The notes beneath the pieces were generated by a model. The model had not been told where the DNA came from. It saw only the letters and a list, made by a program, of their open reading frames with translations, and did not search any database. From positions 5,125-69,124 of the forward strand of contig OMXI01000004.1 in assembly GCA_900314975.1 (NCBI GenBank): a stretch of 64,000 nucleotides of DNA, read 5' to 3'. Positions 17,443 to 26,989 of this stretch are shown piece after piece; within the stretch, counting starts at the first letter, position 1; every line of letters starts with the position of its first letter. The DNA comes from an uncultured Eubacteriales bacterium. Its GTDB lineage: Bacteria > Bacillota > Clostridia > Oscillospirales > Ruminococcaceae. The position numbers and the translations under genes are program-made.

Positions 17443-20076
17443 ATGGCTAAAAAGTATTGTTACCTTTTCTCAGAGGGTAATGCCAGCATGAGAGAGCTCC
17501 TCGGAGGAAAGGGCGCTAACCTTGCTGAAATGACCAACATCGGTCTGCCGGTACCACAGGGCTTCACTATCACAACAGAGGCTTGTACTCAGTATTATGA
17601 GGACGGCGGTATCAGCGAGGAGATCCAGGCAGAGATCAGAGAGTACATCGGAAAGATGGAAGAGATCACAGGAAAGAAGTTCGGTGATAAGGAGAATCCG
17701 CTTCTCGTTTCCGTACGTTCGGGCGCAAGAGCTTCTATGCCTGGTATGATGGATACGATCCTTAACCTTGGTCTTAATGAGGACGTTGTAGAGACTATCG
17801 CAACAAAGTCCAATAATCCAAGATGGGCTTGGGACTGCTACAGAAGATTCATCCAGATGTATTCTGACGTAGTTATGGAAGTTGGTAAGAAGTATTTTGA
17901 GCAGCTTATCGACAAGATGAAGGAAGAAAGAGGCGTTAAGCAGGACGTTGAGCTTACCGCTGACGATCTCAAGGAGCTTGCAGGTCAGTTCAAGGCTGAG
18001 TACAAGGCTAAGATCGGCACAGACTTCCCAAGCGATCCTAAGGAGCAGCTCATGGGCGCTATCAAGGCTGTATTCAGAAGCTGGGATAACCCAAGAGCAA
18101 ACGTATACAGAAGAGACAACGATATCCCGTTCAGCTGGGGTACTGCTGTTAACGTACAGTCAATGGCATTCGGCAACATGGGCGACAACTGCGGTACAGG
18201 TGTTGCATTTACCCGTGACCCTGCTACAGGTGAGAACAAGCTGATGGGCGAGTTCCTTACCAACGCACAGGGCGAGGACGTTGTTGCAGGTGTTCGTACA
18301 CCAATGCCTATCGAAGAGATGGCTCAGAAGTTCCCACAGGCTTACAAGGACTTCGTAAAGGTTTGTGAGACTCTTGAAAACAGATATCACGATATGCAGG
18401 ATATGGAGTTCACCGTTGAGGACGGCAAGCTCTATATGCTTCAGTGCAGAAACGGTAAGAGAACTGCACAGGCTGCCCTGAAGATCGCTTGCGACCTCGT
18501 TGACGAGGGACACAAGACCGAGCAGGAAGCTGTTGCAATGATCGACCCAAGAAACCTCGATACTCTGCTTCACCCACAGTTCGATGCAAAGGCTATCAAG
18601 GCTGCTACACCTCTTGGCAAGGGTCTTGGTGCTTCACCGGGAGCTGCTTGCGGTAAGGTAGTATTCACAGCTGACGACGCTGTTGCATGGGCTGAAAAGG
18701 GCGAGAAGGTCATCCTTGTAAGACTTGAAACATCACCTGAGGACATCACAGGTATGAAGGCTGCACAGGGTATCCTCACAGTCCGCGGCGGTATGACATC
18801 ACACGCTGCCGTTGTTGCAAGAGGAATGGGCGAGTGCTGCGTTTCAGGCTGCGGCGACATCAAGATGGACGAAGTAAACAAGAAGTTCGAGCTCGGCGGA
18901 AAGACATTCACTGAGGGCGACTACATTTCTATAGACGGTACAACAGGTAACATCTATGAGGGCGTTATCCCAACTGTTGACGCTACTATCGCAGGCGAGT
19001 TCGGCAAGATCATGGCTTGGGCTGACAAGTACAGAAAGCTCAAGGTAAGAACAAACGCTGATACTCCTGCTGATGCTAAGAAGGCAAGAGAGCTCGGCGC
19101 TGAGGGTATCGGTCTTTGCCGTACAGAGCATATGTTCTTCGAGGCTGACAGGATCGCAGCATTCAGAGAGATGATCTGCGCAGATACAGTTGAGGAGAGA
19201 GAGGCTGCTCTTGCTAAGATCGAGCCAATGCAGCAGGCTGACTTCGAGGCTCTTTACGAGGCACTTGAAGGAAATCCTGTTACTATCAGATTCCTCGATC
19301 CTCCGCTTCACGAGTTCGTTCCTACTGAGGAAGAGGACATCAAGGCTCTTGCAGCAGCACAGGGCAAGTCCGTTGAGGACATCAAGGCTATCATCGCTTC
19401 ACTGCACGAGTTCAACCCAATGATGGGTCACCGCGGATGCCGTCTTGCTGTAACATATCCTGAGATCGCTGCTATGCAGACAAAGGCTGTTATCAAGGCT
19501 GCTATCAACGTTAAGAAGGCTCACGCTGACTGGAACGTTGTTCCTGAGATCATGATCCCGCTGGTTGGCGACGTTAAGGAGCTCAAGTTCGTTAAGAAGG
19601 TCGTTGTTGAGACTGCTGACGCAATTATCGCAGAGGCTGGTTCTGACCTCAAGTACGAGGTTGGTACAATGATCGAGATCCCAAGAGCTGCTCTTACAGC
19701 TGACCAGATCGCTGCAAATGCTGACTTCTTCTGCTTCGGTACAAATGACCTTACACAGATGACATTCGGCTTCTCAAGAGACGACGCAGGCAAGTTCCTC
19801 GGCGCTTACTACGATAAGAAGATCTTCGAGAGCGATCCATTCGCTAAGCTCGATCAGGAAGGCGTAGGCAAGCTCATGAAGATGGCTCTTGACCTCGGTA
19901 AGCCGGTTAATCCAAAGCTCCACTGCGGAATCTGCGGCGAGCACGGCGGAGATCCTTCCTCTGTTGAGTTCTGCCACAAGATCGGTCTGGACTATGTTTC
20001 CTGCTCACCGTTCCGTGTGCCTATCGCAAGACTTGCTGCTGCACAGGCTGCAATAGCAGAGGCTGCTGCAAAGTAA
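17443..20076 (+). CDS. ppdK: Pyruvate, phosphate dikinase
   Basis: 877 aa. N-terminal ATP-grasp (GGKGANLAEM), phospho-His swivel domain (GGMTSHAAVVARGMG) and a PEP/pyruvate TIM barrel (GLCRTEHMF, FFCFGTNDLTQ, CGEHGGDP). GGAGG RBS. Codon usage looks typical of a highly expressed gene. Confidence 0.95.
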   Translation: MAKKYCYLFSEGNASMRELLGGKGANLAEMTNIGLPVPQGFTITTEACTQYYEDGGISEEIQAEIREYIGKMEEITGKKFGDKENPLLVSVRSGARASMPGMMDTILNLGLNEDVVETIATKSNNPRWAWDCYRRFIQMYSDVVMEVGKKYFEQLIDKMKEERGVKQDVELTADDLKELAGQFKAEYKAKIGTDFPSDPKEQLMGAIKAVFRSWDNPRANVYRRDNDIPFSWGTAVNVQSMAFGNMGDNCGTGVAFTRDPATGENKLMGEFLTNAQGEDVVAGVRTPMPIEEMAQKFPQAYKDFVKVCETLENRYHDMQDMEFTVEDGKLYMLQCRNGKRTAQAALKIACDLVDEGHKTEQEAVAMIDPRNLDTLLHPQFDAKAIKAATPLGKGLGASPGAACGKVVFTADDAVAWAEKGEKVILVRLETSPEDITGMKAAQGILTVRGGMTSHAAVVARGMGECCVSGCGDIKMDEVNKKFELGGKTFTEGDYISIDGTTGNIYEGVIPTVDATIAGEFGKIMAWADKYRKLKVRTNADTPADAKKARELGAEGIGLCRTEHMFFEADRIAAFREMICADTVEEREAALAKIEPMQQADFEALYEALEGNPVTIRFLDPPLHEFVPTEEEDIKALAAAQGKSVEDIKAIIASLHEFNPMMGHRGCRLAVTYPEIAAMQTKAVIKAAINVKKAHADWNVVPEIMIPLVGDVKELKFVKKVVVETADAIIAEAGSDLKYEVGTMIEIPRAALTADQIAANADFFCFGTNDLTQMTFGFSRDDAGKFLGAYYDKKIFESDPFAKLDQEGVGKLMKMALDLGKPVNPKLHCGICGEHGGDPSSVEFCHKIGLDYVSCSPFRVPIARLAAAQAAIAEAAAK

Positions 20077-20124
20077 TATTTGCTTTAAAAGTAATATTTG
20101 CTTTAGTATTGTATAATAACGATT

Positions 20125-20160
20125 CATCCCTCACAGTTTCGGCTGTGGGGGATGTTTTTG
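20125..20160 (+). terminator. Rho-independent terminator of ppdK
   Basis: CATCCCTCACAG-tttcgg-CTGTGGGGGATG is followed by TTTTTG. Confidence 0.7.
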
Positions 20161-20221
20161 TATTGACTTGCGGCTTTGTCTGTGGTATCATTGTTTCAAA
20201 ACAGGAAAAGGGGAGTTTGTT

Positions 20222-20689
20222 ATGGGTTACATTTTAGATCTGCGCAAGGTGGTCGGCAAAAGACCGATAATTATGGCGGGCGCAGGTGTGATACTTATAA
20301 ACGATAAGAATGAGGTGCTTTTGCAAAAGCGCAGAGACAATGGCTTTTGGGATATCCCCGCAGGCTCTATGGAACTTGGTGAAAGCTTTGAGGAAACCGC
20401 GCGCAGAGAGGTACTTGAGGAGACAGGGCTTGTCTGCGGCGAGCTTGAGCTTTTTATGACGAGGTCGGGTAAGGAGACTTACTACGAGTATCCCAACGGC
20501 GACCAAGCCTATGTCGCGGGGCTGCTGTTCATCTGCCGCGAGTTTTCGGGCGAGATGAAAGTGCAGGAGGAAGAGGTCATCGAGCAGGCGTTTTTCTCCT
20601 TTGACTCGCTTCCCGACGGGCTTGCGCCTGGAAAACTCAAAATATTAGCCAGCGCAAAAGAGCGGCTGGAAAAGGGTCAGCAGGCATAG
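20222..20689 (+). CDS. NUDIX hydrolase
   Basis: Nudix box GSMELGESFEETARREVLEETGL. GGGGAG RBS precedes ATG 20222; the track start at 20168 is an extension. Confidence 0.8.
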   Translation: MGYILDLRKVVGKRPIIMAGAGVILINDKNEVLLQKRRDNGFWDIPAGSMELGESFEETARREVLEETGLVCGELELFMTRSGKETYYEYPNGDQAYVAGLLFICREFSGEMKVQEEEVIEQAFFSFDSLPDGLAPGKLKILASAKERLEKGQQA

Positions 20690-20720
20690 ATAAGCCCGCA
20701 GATTTTTCAGCGAAAAACTA

Positions 20721-20749
20721 TTGACAGTACGGCCGTTTTGTTGTAAAAT
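20721..20749 (+). promoter_or_regulatory. Sigma-A type promoter
   Basis: TTGACA (20721-20726), a 17-nt spacer, then TAAAAT (20744-20749). It lies upstream of the lipoprotein gene. Confidence 0.45.
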
Positions 20750-20793
20750 GAACTAAACATTTAAAGCTTTCATCAATATGGGGAGGAATCAAA

Positions 20794-21708
20794 ATGAAAA
20801 AACTTATCGCAGCGCTGCTTGCAATGGTAATGGTTCTGTCAATGGCAGCCTGCAGCGAAAGCACAAGCAGCGGCGGAGATGTGTCGTCGGTAAATGACAG
20901 CTCGTCATCGCTCGCAGACAGCTCAAGCCAAAGCGAAACAACAACCACCACAACCACTACGACCACAACCACTACAACGACTACCACGACAACCGAGGAA
21001 ACCTATTCAGCATCACCTGAGCTGCCGGGCGGTAATACAACGACCACAGCAAATACGACCCCGCCGCCCGCAAGCGTGGGCATTGACCTCAAAGCTGTTT
21101 CAAAGCAGGCTTTTGCCGCACAGGAGGTGACATATTCGGGCGACCCGCAGAAAGCCTTTGCACAGCTTGCCGCAAATGACGCGGGCTCATTTATCCTGTT
21201 TGCAGATGTAAAGACAAGCCAGCTGTTCGACCCGTTTGACGACCTGCTTGAAGACGAAAAGCAAATAGCAGCAGTCAAAGCCGATTCGCAGGTGTTCATA
21301 GAGTTCCAGTCCTTTGAGTATGATTATGACGGCGAAAGAGATACCACCATAGACGGCTATATCGACGCGGTATGCTTCAACTGCAAGGACGAGGCAGAGG
21401 CTAAAAAGGTGTTTGCGCTCGTGTTCACGCAGGATATGAAAAATGAGATAACCACCGATAAGGACGTAACAAAGTACGATTTCGGGACCGACCACGCTAT
21501 TGCACATTATGTCGCCGAAGAGGGCAATATGACTATGGCTTATTATAGGATAGGCAACAACGTTATTGCCGCTGAACAGTGTACATTTGACCTCGTAAGT
21601 GAGGGCATAACACCTTTAAACTACACCAAAAAGTTCAATTACGGGGCAGACCTTGATAAGCTCTGCAAAGCCTTTGGCGCAGCAAAGCTGCCGTCAACGG
21701 TCAGATAA
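20794..21708 (+). CDS. Lipoprotein of unknown function with a poly-threonine linker
   Basis: Signal peptide with lipobox (MVLSMAAC|SES), followed by an S-rich segment and 19 consecutive Thr codons (20938-20994). Confidence 0.75.
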   Translation: MKKLIAALLAMVMVLSMAACSESTSSGGDVSSVNDSSSSLADSSSQSETTTTTTTTTTTTTTTTTTTEETYSASPELPGGNTTTTANTTPPPASVGIDLKAVSKQAFAAQEVTYSGDPQKAFAQLAANDAGSFILFADVKTSQLFDPFDDLLEDEKQIAAVKADSQVFIEFQSFEYDYDGERDTTIDGYIDAVCFNCKDEAEAKKVFALVFTQDMKNEITTDKDVTKYDFGTDHAIAHYVAEEGNMTMAYYRIGNNVIAAEQCTFDLVSEGITPLNYTKKFNYGADLDKLCKAFGAAKLPSTVR

Positions 21709-21726
21709 CAATTGATAGGTTTTACT

Positions 21727-21766
21727 AAACCGACATTCGTTTTACAGCGGATGTCGGTTTATTTTG
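21727..21766 (+). terminator. Rho-independent terminator
   Basis: AAACCGACAT-14 nt loop-ATGTCGGTTT is a perfect 10-bp stem followed by ATTTTG. Confidence 0.65.
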
Positions 21767-21770
21767 AATA

Positions 21771-21799
21771 TTGACAGATTGTTATATATATGGTATAAT
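21771..21799 (+). promoter_or_regulatory. Sigma-A type promoter
   Basis: Consensus TTGACA (21771-21776), a 17-nt spacer, then consensus TATAAT (21794-21799). Confidence 0.55.
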
Positions 21800-21868
21800 A
21801 CTTGGTGCTTTTAGGTGAGAAAAAGCGGAAAATACAGAACAAACAGAAAAATAGGGGCGAGATGAAAA

Positions 21869-22537
21869 ATGGACAACAAACCAATTCTCGTGGTGATGCT
21901 TACCTGCGATGACGAAACGGTCAGCAATGCCTACGAGGTATTTGACAAGTGTAAGGATTCAAAGGCTGAATACTGGGGATTTAAAGAGAAACCTCTGCCT
22001 TTGAACGAGATGAAAAAGCTGTACGCGTATATGAAAAGCTGCGGCAAAAAGACAGTGCTTGAGGTGGTGGCCTATACAGAAAAAGAGTGCCTTGAGGGTA
22101 CAAAAATGGCTATCGAATGCGGCGTGGATATGCTTATGGGTACTGTTTTCTTTGACTCGGTCAACGAGCTTTGCAAAAAGCATGGGCTGAAATACTGTCC
22201 GTTCGTCGGAGAGCTTAAAGAAAGACCGACAGTTATGGGCGGCAGCGTCGAAAAGATGATACAGGACGCAAGAGAGTACCTTGCAAAAGGCGCCTACGGT
22301 ATCGACCTGCTTGGCTACAGATATACAGGCAACGCGTATAAGCTGATAGATAAGTTCGTTGCAAGCGTCAATGCACCCGTTTGCGTAGCGGGCAGCATAA
22401 ACAGCTTTGACAGACTTGACGAGATTAAGAAGATAAACCCCGCATCGTTTACCATAGGCAGCGCGTTTTTCAACAACTGCTTCGGCGGCGATTTCAGCAG
22501 ACAGATAGATAAGGTCTGCGAGTATATGGAGCAGTAA
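21869..22537 (+). CDS. Uncharacterized protein, possibly a TIM-barrel fold
   Basis: 222-aa soluble protein with an alternating beta/alpha-like pattern (ILVVML, VLEVVAY, GVDMLMG, GIDLLGY, VCVAGSI). I cannot assign a family with confidence. Confidence 0.55.
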   Translation: MDNKPILVVMLTCDDETVSNAYEVFDKCKDSKAEYWGFKEKPLPLNEMKKLYAYMKSCGKKTVLEVVAYTEKECLEGTKMAIECGVDMLMGTVFFDSVNELCKKHGLKYCPFVGELKERPTVMGGSVEKMIQDAREYLAKGAYGIDLLGYRYTGNAYKLIDKFVASVNAPVCVAGSINSFDRLDEIKKINPASFTIGSAFFNNCFGGDFSRQIDKVCEYMEQ

Positions 22538-22538
22538 T

Positions 22539-23072
22539 ATGCTGAAAGAATATTACCCTTACGAATATGTAAAAAGCGTGTTCGCGATTGATTATAAGCG
22601 CCTTTGGCAAATGGGTTTTCGCGGGCTGATATTTGATGTGGACAATACGCTCGTTCATCACGGCGACGACTCTAACGAAAAAGTAGACCGCTTCTTTGCA
22701 AAGCTGCATAAAATGGGCTTTAAGACCTGTCTGCTTTCGGATAACGAGAAAAGCAGAGTAGAGCGCTTTAACAAAAACATACAAACACTGTACATATGCG
22801 ACGCAGGCAAGCCCGACCCCGCAGGCTATGAAAAAGCCATAGAGTTTATGGGCGTTGAAAAGAGCAGGGCAGTTGTTATCGGCGACCAGATTATTACCGA
22901 TATACACGGCGCAAACAACGCAGGTCTGCCCAGCATACTCGTGCATTTTATACGCCTGCCTTACGAAAAGCGCATAGGCATCAGACGATATGTTGAGTTT
23001 TTCGTTATGTGGACTTGGAAACACAGAAAGAAATACCGTTACAGGCTCGGCGACATCAGGAGGAGAAAATGA
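22539..23072 (+). CDS. YqeG-family HAD-IIIA phosphatase
   Basis: DVDNTL (HAD motif I), LLSDN, GKPDP and VIGDQIITDIHGAN are typical of YqeG-like phosphatases. Confidence 0.75.
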   Translation: MLKEYYPYEYVKSVFAIDYKRLWQMGFRGLIFDVDNTLVHHGDDSNEKVDRFFAKLHKMGFKTCLLSDNEKSRVERFNKNIQTLYICDAGKPDPAGYEKAIEFMGVEKSRAVVIGDQIITDIHGANNAGLPSILVHFIRLPYEKRIGIRRYVEFFVMWTWKHRKKYRYRLGDIRRRK

Positions 23073-23905
23073 AAATCGGAAACAAGGAGATACTGTTTTG
23101 CGATATCTGTCCCGCTACATATGCTATCTCCGAAGCAAAGGAAAAGCTGAAAAGGAATTATAAAGACCTTACAGGCACAGAAAAGTTCGCAAGAGGACAG
23201 ACAACAAGGCGGCTGAAAAACGTTGTTTCAACGCACAGCAACCACCTTATCAAAACAGGCAAGGGCATCGACCCCGTGCTCCAGCAGAACAAGGCTGTCA
23301 ATATCGACCTTGCCTGCAAAAAGATAAACGGCATCATCATCAGACCCGGCGAAACATTCTCGTTCTGGCGCACAGTGGGCAAGATAACCAAGAAAAAGGG
23401 CTATAAGGACGGCAGGATAATCAGCGCAAACAAGCTCCGGCCGGGCTTGGGCGGCGGTCTTTGCAATCTTGGCAATACCATACATCTGCTTGTTATCCAC
23501 AGCCCGCTGCTCGTTACGGAGTTTCATACACATTCAGATGCGCTCGCGCCCGACGGCGATGTGCGTATCCCGATGAGTTCGGGAACATCGGTGTGCTATA
23601 ACTATGTTGATTTCCGCTTCAAGAATACCACCAACCAGCCCGTTCAGCTTTGCGTCTGGTGTGAGGACGGCGAGCTTAAGGGCGAGCTGCGCAGCGCAAG
23701 ACCTTTCCCTTATACGTACGAGATAGCCGAGGAAGACCACCACTTTGTCAAGGAGGGTGACAAGTACTTCCGCGTGTCAAAAATATACAAGCTCACAAGG
23801 GATAATAAAACAGGCGACCTTATCTACAAAAAGCTTATCCGCGACAATCACTCCGAGGTAATGTTCGATTATAACGACATCCCCAAGGAGCTTATCAGAA
23901 ACTAA
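23069..23905 (+). CDS. VanW family protein
   Basis: GETFSFW...GY..G and GGGLCNLGNTIH are VanW signatures. AGGAGA RBS; ATG 23069 overlaps the upstream stop (ATGA). Confidence 0.75.
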   Translation: MKIGNKEILFCDICPATYAISEAKEKLKRNYKDLTGTEKFARGQTTRRLKNVVSTHSNHLIKTGKGIDPVLQQNKAVNIDLACKKINGIIIRPGETFSFWRTVGKITKKKGYKDGRIISANKLRPGLGGGLCNLGNTIHLLVIHSPLLVTEFHTHSDALAPDGDVRIPMSSGTSVCYNYVDFRFKNTTNQPVQLCVWCEDGELKGELRSARPFPYTYEIAEEDHHFVKEGDKYFRVSKIYKLTRDNKTGDLIYKKLIRDNHSEVMFDYNDIPKELIRN

Positions 23906-23912
23906 AAATCAA

Positions 23913-23946
23913 GCGTCCGTCAGAGTTTTCAGACGGACGTTTTTTG
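23913..23946 (+). terminator. Rho-independent terminator
   Basis: CGTCCGTC-loop-GACGGACG is followed by TTTTTTG. Confidence 0.65.
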
Positions 23947-23963
23947 ACATTATAGACTCTGAT

Positions 23964-23992
23964 TTGACAAACCTTCGTGAATGTGTTATAAT
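23964..23992 (+). promoter_or_regulatory. Sigma-A type promoter (extended -10)
   Basis: TTGACA (23964-23969), a 17-nt spacer, then TGt-TATAAT (23987-23992). Confidence 0.55.
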
Positions 23993-24030
23993 ATCAAACG
24001 AATATTGTAAATTTATAAAGGAGCTGTTTT

Positions 24031-26070
24031 ATGAACAAGTTCGTAAAACGTACAGCGGCGCTGCTTGCAACAGCACTTGTCTTTGCCTGCGGCGGCTATG
24101 TATGTAAATGCACGGCAGCAGGGGATATCTCCGCAGGCGCGTATTCACAGCAGGGCGGAGGTCCTGTCGGGATAAGTGCGCAGGCTGCGTCGAAAACAGC
24201 GGTGCTGAACTGGAGTAAGCAAAGCGACGTAAAAACGTACAGCGTCTATTCAAAGGATAAAGACGGAAAGCTCGAGCTTTTGCTCAATACGGGCGATAAT
24301 GCCGTCTGCCTGACAGACCTCACCGCCAGAACGCAGTACAGCTTTGTCGTTACAGGTCAGACAGACGATGACGAGGTAATGCTCGGCGAAATTGCCGTAA
24401 CTACCCTTGATGAAGCAGCCGACGCACAGCTTGATAAAAACGCCGCAGCAAAGATCGTCAGCGGCTTGACCGCAAACGCGGGTGTTGACTCCGTAACGCT
24501 TGATTGGGAGCGTATGCAGGGCGTTTTGTCCTACGAGGTGTACATCACCGATGCAAGCGGTAAGGCTTCGCTTGTTAAGACCACATACACCAACAGCGCT
24601 GTCATTACAGGTCTTGAAACGGATAAGCAGTATACGTTCGAGGTAAAGGGCAGGGCAGCTGCTGGCTATACCAAGCCTGCAAGGGTCACCGCTTCAACGC
24701 AAAAACTCGTGCCTGCAAGCGCTGCAAATGACATCAGCAGCATAAGCATCGAGGATATAACCGCCGAGGCTGGCTACGACAGCGCCGTGTTCACATGGGC
24801 AAAGGTGCAGGGAGCAGATACCTATAATATCTATATCGGCGATGAACAAAACGGCTATAGGTTCGTTACCTCGACAACTTCCGACAGTGCGCGTGTAACA
24901 GGTCTTGCCCCCGAAACAGAGTATACCTTTGTTATAAGAGGGCAGAAAGGCGGCAAATTTACCCAGTACAGCTATGCACCCGTTACAACGCTCTCGTTTG
25001 AGCAAGCACAGGTAAGCGGCTTGAAAGCTGCTGCGGACTATGACAGCGTTACTCTTTCGTGGGATAAGCTCAAAGATGCTGACAGCTATACAGTCTACCG
25101 CAAGGATAAAAACGGCAAGCTCACGCTTGTAAAAACCGTCGCAGCAAACAGCGCGGAGATTACGGGCATCGCATCGCAAACCGAGTATACATACGCCGTC
25201 AAGGCGCACTTTGGCAAGCGCGAATCGCTTTTGAGCGATATCATATTTAAAACCCTTACCTTCGAGCAAAGCAAGGTCAAAGGACTGAAAGTAAGCTCAA
25301 CTGAAAATTCACTTGTTTTAAGCTGGACACTCCACAAGGATGCCGAGGCTTATAACATCTACCTCGTCAGCGGCGGAAAGTACGTCTATCAGACATACTC
25401 ACGCACCGCAAGCGTAACACTCACAGGGCTTCAGCCTGGTACAGCCTATACATATGTTGTCAGAGCGCAGTGGGGCAGCCGCTATACCGACTACGAAACT
25501 ATAACCGCATCTACCTTAAGGGGAGATGTCACGATTGAATTTGAAAAGCTCAACCAGCTCGGCGGCACAGGAAACAGCGGAAAAGTAAAAGCTACCTATG
25601 GCTGCGGCGGTACAAGCGTAACAATGCTGCTCAACGAGAAGGGCATGAACCTCAATAAAGATGACGTGCTCAAAAAGCAGTATACAAACGGCTGGTGTGC
25701 AGCTTTCTGCCCGATACCGTTCCCGTACGGCGCATACAGCTGGGGCTCGGTAATGTCAAACCTTGCCGACCTTGTCCGTTCCTACGGCTTTACACCGCAT
25801 ATCAATACCGCACCCGAGATGATAGACATCAAGCGTCTGCTCAATGACAATAAGCTGCTGCTGGTCGGTCTGCGTACCGCAAGCGGTGCACATCATTTCC
25901 AGATAATCTACGGCTACTATCTCAAAAACGGAAAGGTGTATTACAGAGTCCACGACCCGTACGGAAACTACTGCGTCGAGTGGGAGGAAAGCTACCTGCG
26001 CAGCCGTATCTATGCGGTAAATTCCGCAGATGCATTGTGTAAACAAGTCCGAGGAATAATGTGGCTGTAG
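24031..26070 (+). CDS. Secreted protein with five fibronectin type III-like repeats and a C-terminal papain-like (C39-like) cysteine peptidase domain
   Basis: Signal peptide (AALLATALVFACGG). Five ~95-aa repeats share the pattern S..L.W.K...A..Y.VY......L.....A..TGL...T.Y.F.V. The C-terminus has YGCGGTSVTML (Cys) and GAHHFQIIYGY (His). Confidence 0.7.
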   Translation: MNKFVKRTAALLATALVFACGGYVCKCTAAGDISAGAYSQQGGGPVGISAQAASKTAVLNWSKQSDVKTYSVYSKDKDGKLELLLNTGDNAVCLTDLTARTQYSFVVTGQTDDDEVMLGEIAVTTLDEAADAQLDKNAAAKIVSGLTANAGVDSVTLDWERMQGVLSYEVYITDASGKASLVKTTYTNSAVITGLETDKQYTFEVKGRAAAGYTKPARVTASTQKLVPASAANDISSISIEDITAEAGYDSAVFTWAKVQGADTYNIYIGDEQNGYRFVTSTTSDSARVTGLAPETEYTFVIRGQKGGKFTQYSYAPVTTLSFEQAQVSGLKAAADYDSVTLSWDKLKDADSYTVYRKDKNGKLTLVKTVAANSAEITGIASQTEYTYAVKAHFGKRESLLSDIIFKTLTFEQSKVKGLKVSSTENSLVLSWTLHKDAEAYNIYLVSGGKYVYQTYSRTASVTLTGLQPGTAYTYVVRAQWGSRYTDYETITASTLRGDVTIEFEKLNQLGGTGNSGKVKATYGCGGTSVTMLLNEKGMNLNKDDVLKKQYTNGWCAAFCPIPFPYGAYSWGSVMSNLADLVRSYGFTPHINTAPEMIDIKRLLNDNKLLLVGLRTASGAHHFQIIYGYYLKNGKVYYRVHDPYGNYCVEWEESYLRSRIYAVNSADALCKQVRGIMWL

Positions 26071-26089
26071 CTATGCTAATACAAAAAAC

Positions 26090-26118
26090 AGAGTCTGTTG
26101 CTTTTTGCAGCAGACTCT
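26090..26118. terminator. Bidirectional terminator between convergent genes
   Basis: AGAGTCTGTTGC-ttttt-GCAGCAGACTCT forms a 12-bp stem with one G-U pair. It sits between the stops at 26070 (+) and 26124 (-). Confidence 0.55.
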
Positions 26119-26123
26119 TATTG

Positions 26124-26840
26124 TTACTCGTTCAGATATTTTATTATGACCTTCCTGGCATCACTCATTTTCACTGGCAAGCCGTGACCGCACGCAAGCC
26201 ATTTCGGGTTTATCTCAAGTATCTTTTTCAGCGACTTTTTCATACCATCTATGTCTATCGCGTACGGCGGGATCTCTGGCTCGTAGAAAAGCGCAGTAAA
26301 AGAATCGCCGCAGTAGAGCGTGTCACCGCATAAAAGTGCGGTCATGCCATCGGTGTGTCCGGGCAGAAAAACAAACTCGCCCTCAAAGCCCAGCCGTTTA
26401 AGCAGTGCGCTTCCCTCGCTTTTGATAGGTATATCCACCTTGTAGCGCGGGCTTGGGAAAAGCTTGCCGTTTATGTTAAGCTGAAAGCACTTGAATCGGT
26501 ACTTTGGGCGTGTCGCTTTCATCGTCTTAAAATTACTGCGCAGCCCAAAGTCCTTTTTGTTCAGCAGCAGCCTCGCACCGAACGCTTTTTTGAAACGTCC
26601 TGCGTTCCAGTCGTGGTCAGCGTGAGCGTGCGTGATAAAAATGTACTTAACATTAAACCTCTTTGCCCATTTGCGCACAGCCCTGCGAACGTGAAACAGT
26701 CCCGTGTCAACCATCATATCGCCGTTTTTTCCGTGAATGATATAAATTGTCGTGCCCCTGAACGAATGGTAGGTGATGTCGCCGCATTTGCGGTCTTTGT
26801 TTGTCACAGGCGTGTAGCGCTGCTTTCTTTCAAGTTTCAT
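26124..26840 (-). CDS. MBL-fold metallo-hydrolase
   Basis: HAHADHDWN (HxHxDH) and a downstream GH motif. GAGGGAG RBS and ATG at 26840 (MKLERK); the track start at 26900 is a GTG extension. Confidence 0.75.
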   Translation of the reverse strand: MKLERKQRYTPVTNKDRKCGDITYHSFRGTTIYIIHGKNGDMMVDTGLFHVRRAVRKWAKRFNVKYIFITHAHADHDWNAGRFKKAFGARLLLNKKDFGLRSNFKTMKATRPKYRFKCFQLNINGKLFPSPRYKVDIPIKSEGSALLKRLGFEGEFVFLPGHTDGMTALLCGDTLYCGDSFTALFYEPEIPPYAIDIDGMKKSLKKILEINPKWLACGHGLPVKMSDARKVIIKYLNE

Positions 26841-26989
26841 TTTTATCTCCCTCTTGGTCATAGGACTTTTATCTTGCAGCCTTATTGTATCACAGCCCAC
26901 ATTAAGAAATCTTTAAGATTACCGTGCAAAGATGATTTCTTCACAAACAAAAAGTCTCCCGCGGGTTCACAGGAGACTTTTGAATCGGA

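Noticed and set aside
20718-20987. ORF starting with a poly-valine run
   Set aside because: It is the antisense reading of the poly-threonine (ACN) tract of the lipoprotein gene.
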